Part shown: piece after piece, positions 40,001 to 51,700 of the stretch
Position numbering within the stretch: position 1 is the stretch's first letter
How the letters are laid out: every line of letters starts with the position of its first letter
From: Mytilus californianus
Taxonomy: Eukaryota
Direction of reading: 5' to 3'
Assembly (NCBI RefSeq): GCF_021869535.1
Contig: NW_026262581.1
Location: forward strand, 97,092,001 to 97,156,000
DNA: 64,000 nucleotides
The notes under the pieces: model-generated
The model's database searches: none
Told to the model about the DNA's origin: nothing
Seen by the model: the letters and a program-made list of their open reading frames with translations, nothing else
Translations under genes and position numbers: made by a program

Positions 40001-43000
40001 TTATTTTCTTATTTTCTTAATGTGTTTACATAAGGAAAGATCCATTTTTATCGAGCCTACGACATATGTCGCGAAAGCTAAACATAGCGATCCTAGATTC
40101 CGTCGTCGGTGACGTACTCGGCATCGTAAAGAAAGGCAACAGTAGTATACCGCTGTTCAAAAGTCATAAATCGATTAAGAGAAAACAAATCCGAGTAACA
40201 AACTAAAACCGAGGGAAACACATCAACTATAAGAGGAAAACAACGGAACAACAGAAACACTGAACTGCAACAAAAACAAACGTCAACATACATAGAAACG
40301 GTATATTTGATAAAAATTGCCATATTCCTGACTTGGAATAGGACATTTTAAGAAAAAATGGTGGGTTGAACCTGGTGTTATGGCTAGACAAACCTCCCGC
40401 TAATATGGCAATGTTAAAAAAAAACCCTCTAAAATGACAACACTACGTGATATCAATACAGTACAAACAAACGCAAGAACACTCAGCAAACAGAAATACA
40501 TAAATGACGTATAATTGTCACAGGTAATCTTGAAATTCATACAATTATATGGAACGAGATCCAAAGCGTTACAGTTATTTTCACAATACTAGTCCAAATA
40601 ATTATCATGATTATGACGGTCTTGAAAGACTATTTTAAATCAATGCTGTGACGACGTCATAATTATTTGGACTAACACCATACTTTATCCATGGAAATTG
40701 AAAATTAACTCGACTATACTGACAAATATGACAGGTGTGAAATGTACCGAAAATACAGAATTCAAATCATAAACGATAAGACATAACACATTATCTAATC
40801 GTACTTATAAAAGAAACATCATTACTAAATACATGAATGTTTAATGTATAAATACCGAGACACGTTGTATAGCAATGCGAATTCACACTTGGCAAAACAG
40901 TCATATTCGGGAATAGGTCACGTTCGGTTCTTAGCAGACAGACGACGTAGATGGTAAACCACAATCTAAGACGTGGTAAAAATGTCGTTAGTTAGTAGAG
41001 ACAAAGACACATCGTATAGATCAACCAATTCGTGATGGTGTCCATAAAATTTACGGAGTGTCATTTTTAATCTTTCCTCCTCATAAATAGCAGTTTCTGC
41101 GTATGGAGCATACTCCTGTATATGAAGTCCGTATAGTGTGAACATGCACGAGCATAAAGTATCAATTGAGATATGTAAACAACATACGACGGAGCAGTGG
41201 GTATGTTACTGCTGAAAAATGGGAAATTGATTATTGGTAAGTTGAAATCATCCCGTTTGTCATAGATTTTAGGGCGAAGTCGTCCAACATTTAATTACAG
41301 TCTGAGATGGAAGATTTTCAGTCAATAATTATCTTGAACCTTCCTTTGATTTGATGAAATTTTGACAGGAGCGTTATATTAAATAATTAAATGAACTTAG
41401 ATTTTCTACAGTTTAAATTCAGATTAAGTCTCAGATTAAAGTTTTTCAGTCATCAATAACTTTGTTAATCCTTCATGGAATTTTACTTAAGTTGGACAGA
41501 AATATTTTTATGATCAAAAGACAGTATACAGAGTAAAAACTTATTCTTAATTTTTCCGTATTTTACTGATAAAAGAATTGGTTTTTATGCATTTAATAAG
41601 TACATACAGTCGGGGGTTAAAGTTTGTTAACATTAATTATTTTGTCAAACATTTATAAAATTGAGAATGGAAATGGGAAATATGTCAGAGAGACAACAAC
41701 CCGACCAAAGAGCAGAAAACAGCCGAAGACCACCAATGGGTCTTCAACACAGCGAGAAAATCCCGCACCCGGAGGCGGGCTTCAGCTGGCCCCTAAATAC
41801 AAATGTGTACTAGTTCAGTGAAAATGGACGTCATACTAAACTCCAAAACATATAAATGAACTAAAATAAAAAAAAACAACATACAAGACTAACAAAGGCC
41901 AGAGGCTTTTGACTTGGGACAGGCGCAAAAATGCGGCGGAGTTAAACATATTTTGTGAGATCTCAACCCTCCCCCTATACCTCTAGCCAATGTAGAATAA
42001 ACAAACACACAGCAATATGCACAGTAAAACTTAGTTTAAAAGAAGTCCGAGTTCGATGTCAGAATAGGTAACAAAGAAACTAAGCAAAACGACAATGATA
42101 CATAAATTAACAAAGGACTACTAGCAGTTACTGACATGCCAGCTCCAGACTTCAATTAAACTGATTGAAAGATTATGTCATCATCATATGAAAATCAAGC
42201 ACAATCCTTCCCGTTAGGGGTTTAGTATCATACCATCATAAAATATACGAGAAGAACATAACCCGTATCATGTTGTCTCATTGGCACTCATTACACATCT
42301 TCTTATATCTATTAACAACTGGTTTTAGAACAAATGTGTTTATTTCTGAAGCAAAGACCCTATGAGTGAATCAATATTGATACCAAAATATGCCATCTTC
42401 AATGACCTGACAACAGTATCGTAACTATATCCCTTCTGAATAAGTCTGTTTAAATGTTTGGTTAGCTTTTGAGGTGAATGCCGACATTTTTGTGCTTTGT
42501 AAAGAATATTACCATAAAAGATTGGATTTGAAATACCTGAACGTATAAGATGTCTGCATGTTGATTTATATTTACGAATAATGTCCTTGTACCGATGATA
42601 AAATTTAGTAAATGTTTTGACTAGTTAGAATAGAATATTTAAGGATTTTTTTTATGATTAAAAGATAATGTCTGGAACATATTTTGAAAGTATATTTTTA
42701 TCTAATTTTCAGTATTTTACTGATAGATAGACTTAGTTTTTGGGGATTCAATTTTTAACATGATCAATGTGTAAAACTTCATGGATTGTAATGAAACTTG
42801 GACATAAGCGAATTAACAAGGTCAAGAAATAGCATTTTAAGAAAGAGTGTGATTGTTTTTAAATTCTGTATTTTACTGATCAATGGACTTAATTTTTACA
42901 ATCAACATTACACTTTAACACTGACAGCAATCGTAGGCGAGACACAAGGTTATGACGAACCCTTTACAAATTTTTAATAAAATTAACATTATTTTTGAGA

Positions 43001-43256
43001 GCATTGAATAATTTTATCTTTTACAATAACCCTTATCATACATGTTTAAAAACAAGTACTATTTTTAAACAAGATATCTGACGCATTCAGATATGAGCAT
43101 AGAGTTTAAACCAAACCATGAATCTTTATCAGGTTTTTTTGTCATAGTCAAAAAAATTGCACACAATTTGACGGCAAAAGGCTAACGATTCTGAGATTTG
43201 AGTATATTCGCTTTTCTCTAAAGAATTAAAATATGTACCGCATGGTACTTAACTAA

Positions 43257-43292
<36 letters not shown>

Positions 43293-46200
43293 ATTTTTCA
43301 GTGATAAGGAAGTACCTGTAGCTGTGAAATAAACTTAAACATAAGATATTAGTAGGTTACAATCTGTAATGAATGACAGACTTGAAAACTTGAAAATGTC
43401 ATACAATTGAGAGGTTTAGCTAGCTATAAAACCAGGTTCAATCCAGCATTTTCTACATAAGGAAATGCCTGTACCAAGTCAGGAATATGACAGTTGTTTT
43501 CCATTCGTTTGATGTGTTTGATGTGTTTGAGCTTTTGATTTTGTCATTTGATAAGGGACTTCCTGTGTTGAATTTTCCTTGAGTTCGGTGTTTTTGTTAT
43601 TTTACTTTTTGAAACATTTTAGAACCATGAATAAATGTCAATTATAATTATATGTCAAACACAACTTGAACAATTAGAGATAGAACCTATTTCGGTGTGT
43701 ATATCGGGGAGGGACTGACGCCAAAGGGAGATGATCTATATAAATTCAGCTTTTGACAAGTAAATAAATTTGCAATATATGTATTATGACATTCTTTATT
43801 TCAAGTATAATATTTTGTACTCTTTGAGATATTATTATTACGGCTTGGAAATTTTAGACCGCACTTGCAAGTACACAAAGTCGATAAGATATATTTATAG
43901 CACTCGATCTATTAATAGCCTAATTGACCTGGTTGATCTAATGAATGATAATGTTATTTTCTTTACCTGAATATTTTTTTATTTATCTGCATAATTTCAT
44001 TTTTAAATTTTATTGTATGTCCGTAATGTTTTCCTTTTATTGTAGCATATAATATTATCTTCTTTTTTTTGTATGTTTTTGTTCAATATCGCAATTTTCT
44101 TTCAATCAGAGTAAAGATTTTTGACATCACGCATGCCGTTACCATAGTTAATAACATAAACGGTACCAATTTTTCTGCACCAGATGCGCATTTCGACAAT
44201 CATTGTCTCTTCAGTGATGCTAAGCGTCCTTTCAAAATAGGTCACAAACCGAAATTATAACTGACTGCGTCAGCACAAAATATGGTTATTAAAGAAGTTT
44301 GTGTGAAACTACGAATTTAAAGCGTAGACTTGCAGTACAAATAGTCATTAATGATATTCATTGAAGTAGATTACTGTCTTAAAAGCTTATAATAATTGGT
44401 GACCCAAGAACGACAGAAAGGTGTCTTCTCTAGTCTTGTGATCATGTAAACATCTCTTTATTGTCGAGCCTTCGACTTTAGTCGAAAAAGCGAGACATAG
44501 CGATCCTACATTCCGTCGGCGTCGTCGGCGTCGTCGTCGTCGTTGTCGTCGGCGGCGTCCACAAATATTCACTCTGTGGTTAAAGTTTTTGAAATTTTAA
44601 TAACTTTCTTAAACTATCCTTGATTTCTACCAAACGTGGACAGAAGCTTGTTTATGATCATAAGATAGTATCCAGAAGTAAATTTTGTAAAAATAAAATT
44701 CCATTTTTTCCGTATTTTACTTATAAATGGACTTAGTTTTTCTGCCGGGAAATATTACGTTCACTCTGTGGTTAAAGTTTTTAAAATTTTAATAACTTTC
44801 TTAAACTATTCTGGGTTTGTACCAAACTTGGACAGAAGCTTGTTTATGATCATAAGATAGTATCCAGAAGTAAATTTTGTAAAAAAATAAATCCATTTTT
44901 TCCTTATTTTACTTTTAAATGGACTAAGATTTTCTGCCAGGAAACAGCACATTCACTCTGTGGTTAAAGTTTTTAAAATTTTAATAACTTTCTTATACTA
45001 TTTTGGATTTGTACCAAACTTGGACAGAAGCTTGTTTATGATCAAAAGCTAGTATCTAGAAGGAAATTTTGTAAAAAAAATAAATCCATTTTTTCCATTT
45101 TTTACTTTTAAATGGACTTAGATTTTCTGCCAGGAAACAACACATTCACTCTGTGGTTAAAGTTTTTAAAATTTTAATAACTTTCTTATACTATTTTGGA
45201 TTTGTACCAAACTTGGACAGAAGCTTGTTTATGATCAAATGCTAGTATCTAGAAGGAAATTTTGTTTTCTTCCAGTTAACATTACATTCAGTCTGCAGTT
45301 AAAGTTTTTAAACATTTATTAGATTCATAAACTATCCTGGATTTTTACCAAACTTGGACAGAAGCTTCTTACAATCAAAAGATAGTATCAAGAGGAATAT
45401 TTTTATTGATTTACTTCCTCATTTTTGTTGAGCCTGCGATTAACAGAAAAAGTAGGCGAGACACTGGGTTCCACGGAACCCTTACAAATTTTTCTTAGAA
45501 CTTCTGTATTTATACTGGTTTGATTTTATTTTGAATAAATAATTATAAAATCTTAAAAGTGTGCGCCTCTGGTGCAGTCAATTTGGTTTTGTTAATGTGC
45601 TATTTGATGTATACATCAATGACTGATTATTGTACATCCAGTATTGACTATTTGTTTGATATGGTTCATTATTGCAGTGACGTTAACGTAAAAATTTCGT
45701 AAAACATTTAGGTCAAGTTACTGTAAACGTCACATATTTTTAAAAGATTTTTCATACAGCTGTGGTATGTTAATTTAACTTGAACTGAAGATCGATAAGA
45801 TAAGGCTTTATCTCTATTATGTTCTAAAATATAATGGAATTTATTCTTTCAATATAGATGTACATTTGTATAGGAAGAATATGAAATCGGCGAAAAATCT
45901 TTTTAAAATTGTTTTAAAATCATCAAAACTCAAAAACAAATACAATACAAAAATACATGAAGAAGGGACCTGATGAATTTATAAAGCAACATTATTAACT
46001 TATTTTACACAAAACACATGTAATCTACAGTTTTCCCTATTTAGTCCATTTGGGGAAACAGCAAAAAAGTCAACCAAAGGTTAGCTACTGAACATTGATT
46101 TGTTATTTCAGTTTTTTGTTACAACACAAATTACGACCAGAGATTAAATTCTACAGAGTTGACAGAAGCATTTGCTACATTAAAATCGAAAGGGTAAAGT

Positions 46201-48644
46201 ATATTAAGTTCAATAAAATCAAATTTGTAATAATATATTGGACAAGTTTTTATACCATTTTAGATGCATTTATTGCATTTATTATAAAACTGAGAATGAG
46301 AGAGTACGGTAATAATTTGATAAAGTTTTATTCAAATGTGATGATATGGATAAAATATCGTGCTTTTATTCTCTTATTGATGTATTAAATTGACATTTTG
46401 CAGAAACACTAAAGCAAATGATAACTAAATATATATGCAACAAGTTCTTTGATTAATTACGGAAACAGTAGTTTACCGATGTTCAAATCTCATAAATCCA
46501 TAAAGACAACACATCAAAGTATGATCAGATCATATGTTTTCGAACGTCAAATGAATTCGTACTATGCATACTTTTTAAATGGAAATTATGACGTCACAAT
46601 GTCATCTTTAATAACATGATAATAGTCTCCTGTGATGCGTGCATTACCTACCATGCGAATCCACACTTAGTCAAAATGTCGCAACCGGAAAAAGGACATA
46701 ACTAATCAAATCACAAATCAGACGACAATTCGGGTATCTATAGATCTAAGACTGCGAAAACATGTTACTAGTGAGTTGAGGTACAAATATATCGGCTAAT
46801 CAGATCGTGATGGTAACCGTAAATCATATGCAGTGTCGATTTCAGTAGTTCTTCCTCATAACTCCGTTGAATCAGGTTTTGTATAAGGAACACAACACTG
46901 GCATGAAACCTTGTAAATGTCGAAAGACCTTAATTTAGTTCAGTATTTGTACATCCCCATAGTAATATTGTGTCAGTGAATGAAAACGTTGCTTTAATTT
47001 CATTTAATGCGCAATGTATTCTGTCATTGATAGGGTCATTGATGTTATCAAAGAAGATACAATAACGGTAAGAAAAAAAAATATTTTTACCTTATTTTTT
47101 TAAGAAAAATCAGTATGAATCCAACTTTTTCTTCAGCGAGTTTCAATTTAACATTTTAAAATATACTGTAAAACTTCAAAACATTTTCTCTCTTAAACGT
47201 AGGGTGTTTAGCAAAATTTCTGATTTAAAGAAATTCTTTATGTTAAATATTTAAAGAAATTATTTCTATGTTAAATAGTATTTTAATAGACACCTTACGA
47301 GTTCGATGCATTTCCGTCAAATATTTTGGTTTCAGTGAATATCATTCGTGCGTTTAGGGGCATCGTCACTTCCGTTCCCATGTTGAGGGAGTGGTTAGAA
47401 AAATGTGATCCTATATTGCACGAAATGTTCGGCAAATTTAATTCTTATAATTGACATTCAGCACTGCTATCATTAGGGAATTGTGATTAAGTACCTACGG
47501 AACAAACAGTATTTCTAGTTTATCCTGCACAATGACGATCACTAAGACGCTTGATGAACATTAATAGTGCAGGGATACAGGCGATCCCCTCTGTCTGGTA
47601 AATGACGTCATCAAGGCGCGCACAATTGACGACTTTTTCCGGTGAAGGACATAACTCGAAAGTGGTCTATTGAAGTCATCTCAGTTTTACAAAACGATAT
47701 TTAAGTAGGAATTTTATTATGTCTGATCCAGTTAAACTGTTAATTGAATGGATTATTATTTTTGAAGATGCATAACCATTTGTTATTTTCACGAAAACTT
47801 GTGTTCTTTCAACTTTATAAAGGTTCTTCAGGAACAAATGGAAATTCAGAATATAATGATGGCAAATCAAGACGAACTTAAGATGCAGTTGGAATATCAA
47901 ACACAAAAGTTTGAGGAACAACAAGAAAGAAATATGAGAAGAAATGAAATGGTATTGTTTCTATCTACGATTGAATGATTTTAAAAATACTTTTATACAA
48001 ATAACTTGCATAATTTGTGGAAGGACAAGGGTAGAATTAAAAAATAAGTGTGTATCGGTTAATCAGCTTAAAATTTTCAGTTGTAAAATAATTTCACTCC
48101 TTGTCACAAGTCTTCCAATATCCATGAAGAGATTTAATAAGTGGTTAGTGTGTATTGATCGTTATATCTCCTTGTCTGTTTGTCTGTCCTGTATATCGTT
48201 TTATCGTTTGTCTATCTTCACTTCTGTCTATAACATTGTCTGGATTTCAAATAATCGATCAATGTAACTGATTGTCTAATAACACTATGAATATATTTTT
48301 ATTCTTATGATTTTTTTTCGAACTCGAAACAATCGTTTTTTTTTTCCATTTCAGTATATATTAATAGGAAAAGCGGAGACATGAGACAATGTATTTTATA
48401 AACTGTATATTAGAATCTTATTTGAAAAAATTATACTGGCCAAATTTTTGAAACATGATATTTTTATAAAATTAACATAAATATTGGATTCGATGTTTAC
48501 AATTTTGCATCACTGGTACCGATGTCTCAGTACAGGATTATTAGTTTCGGCATACCTGGAAATCTTCAAGTAGAAACACTGCTTTTTGTCGAGCCTTCGA
48601 CTTTAGTCGAAAAAGCGAGACATAGCGATCCTACATTCCGTCGG

Positions 48645-48705
<61 letters not shown>

Positions 48706-51700
48706 GGCGGCGTCCACAAATATTCACTCTGTGGTTAAAGTTTTTGAAATTTTAATAACTTTCTTAAACTATCCTGGATTTCTACCAAACTTGGACAGAA
48801 GCTTGTTTATGATCATAAGATAGTATCCAGAAGTAAATTTTGTAAAAATAAAATTCCATTTTTTCCGTATTTTACTTATAAATGGACTTAGTTTTTCTGC
48901 CGGGAAATATTACATTCACTCTGTGGTTAAAGTTTTTAAAATTTTAATAACTTTCTTAAACTATCCTGGGTTTCTACCAAACTTGGACAGAAGCTTGTTT
49001 ATGATCATAAGATAGTATTCAGAAGTAAATTTTGTATAAAAAAAAATCCATTTTTTCCTTATTTAACTTTTAAATGGACTTAGATTTTCTGCCAGGAAAC
49101 AACACATTCACTCTGTGGTTAAAGTTTTTAAAATTTTAATAACTTTCTTATACTATTTTGGATTTGTACCAAACTTGGACAGAAGCTTGTTTATGATCAA
49201 AAGCTAGTATCTAGAAGGAAATTTTGTAAAAAAATAAATCCATTTCTTCAGTATTTTACTTTTAAATGGACTTAGATTTTCTGCCAGGAAACAACACATT
49301 CACTCTGTGGTTAAAGTTTTTAAAATTTTAATAACTTTCTTATACTATTTTGGATTTGTACCAAACTTGGACAGAAGCTTGTTTATGGTCAAATGCTAGT
49401 ATCTAGAAGGAATTTTTTTTTTTCTTCCAGTTAACATTACATTCAGTCTGCAGTTAAAGTTTTTAAACATTTATTAGATTCATAAACTATCCTGGATTTT
49501 TACCAAACTTGGACAGAAGCTTCTTACAATCAAAAGATAGTATCAAGAGGAATATTTTTATTGATTTACTTCCTCATTTTTGTTGAGCCTGCGATTAACA
49601 GAAAAAGTAGGCGAGACACTGGGTTCCGCGGAACCCTTACGAATTTTTCTATTTCACAGATGCTTGAACAACATTTGGCGGAGCAAAGATCGATGGAACG
49701 TGTTGAAAGTATGAGAAGAGAAAAGGTTGAATTAAGGAGCATCTCTGAAAAGGAAAGCACAAAAGAGTATGAGCAAATGAGTCGCAAAAGTAGAGATTTT
49801 GAAAACTTTATGGTTATTATTTTTCGTTAATACTACATTAAATTTTCCGGAAAATTAGAATATCGGTATGTCTTTGATCAATGAGTTTTATATAATCGAA
49901 AAGTACAATTAATATAAAAATAAGAAGATTTGTTATGCTTCCCAATGATCCACTAGTGACCAAATGACGTAGATTTTAGCAAATATAGGTCACCGTGCGG
50001 TTTCAACAATGAGCAAAATCCATACCGCGTAGCAAGCTATAAATGACCCCAAGTGTGTCAAATTGTAAAACGATGAAAACTAGAAAACCAACGATCTTAT
50101 TAAAGTACAAAAGAAAAATAATTAAAAACAAATATGATATACAACAACAAACGGAAACCACGGAATTAGTGATTAGATTAAAACATAATGTTGACTTATG
50201 TATCCCTATTTTTGACATTTTCACCTATTATGACTGTTTGTTTTGTTCACGCATTGTTGCCAAAATAATGGAATTTTATGCGACTGTCATACAAGTGAGA
50301 ACTTTAGCTAGCTATAAAACCAGGTTTAATCCATCATTTTCTACATGAGGAAATGCTTGTACCAAGTCAGGAATATGGCAGTTGTTTTCCATTCGTTTGA
50401 TATGATTGAGCTTTTGATTTTGCCATTTGATAACGGACTTTTGAATTTTCCTTGGAGTTAGGTATTTTTGTTATTTTACTTTTTACGGGTTTCTGACTAT
50501 TTAATATGAGGTAAACTTTTTCTATTGATTTTTGTTCTCTTTTGACAATTTAAAAAAAAATAACAGGCAAATAAAACTGAGATAAATCATTCTTAAACGA
50601 GCTCAACTTTAAACCTGTTTTTCAAGCCTTTATTGTCATGTGTTTTTGATTTTTATATTTTGACTGTTACATACATATGATTTTTTTTCGAATACCGAAT
50701 ATTTCTGTTGTTTTTTTAATTCCAATGACATTTAATATATCCATTGAGAGTATCAAATTTCATTATTTAACATTTTAACTATCAATGACTTAATCTGAAA
50801 TTAATTCTATCAAACTTTTGATTTTTCAACCCTGTATTCCACCATTCCCCATGTGAAAAAGTAAAATAACAAAAATACCTAATTCCAAGGAAAATTCGAA
50901 TCGGAAAGTCCCTTATCAAATGGCAAAATCAAAAGCTCAAACACATCAAACAAATGGAAAACAACTGTCATATTCCTGACTTGGTACAGGCATTTTCTTA
51001 TGTAGAAAACAAAGAAAAACAAATTGGTATACAGACAAAGCACATAAGAAAAAAAAAGACAAGAATACAAAAAATGACCACAGCACAACAACACATTGTT
51101 GGGATACATAAGTACCGAGCCACGCCAAAAGGATATTACCAAAAAATGGACTAAACAGTAAAAGTAAATAATTACAAAGACAAATAAAAGAACATTATAA
51201 CATGTAATTAAGATAATCAACAACGTCAGTACCTAGAATCTATTCTTCAAGCCCATTATGTATTATTTGTGAAGTTTATACAGAATATTTATCAACAAGG
51301 TTTTGGTATCTTGAAATTGAAAAATCGTCTAATAGAAATAATCCACAATGCTTTTCAATATAAAAAATGACAGCATACGCTATAAATTTATTACTTTGGG
51401 ATAAAATACGTCATATTTTGTTAATGGTGAACAAAAAGGTAAAACATGCTACACAGAGGAACAAGTGATCAATATGCTGGAGTTTCTCAATGACAACATA
51501 TTTGTTGAATTTGGAGGTAGACTTTTTCTGCAAGTTGTCGGCATTCTTATGGGAACGAACTGTGCGCCTCTCCTTGTCGACCTCTTCTTATTTTCATATG
51601 AGTCGGATATCCTTCAGAACTTGTCAAAAACAAGAAAATCAAAGAAGTCCGATCATTTAATTTCACATTCATATATGTTGATGATGTTCTTACTAAATCC

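Noticed and set aside
44387-44572. Poly-Arg ORFs (44387-44572 and 48522-48755)
   Set aside because: Translations of the (GTC)n microsatellite in HINE heads
48355-48390. Extra TRPM exon with strong acceptor and gtattt donor
   Set aside because: Stop codon in the required phase 0; treated as a pseudo-exon
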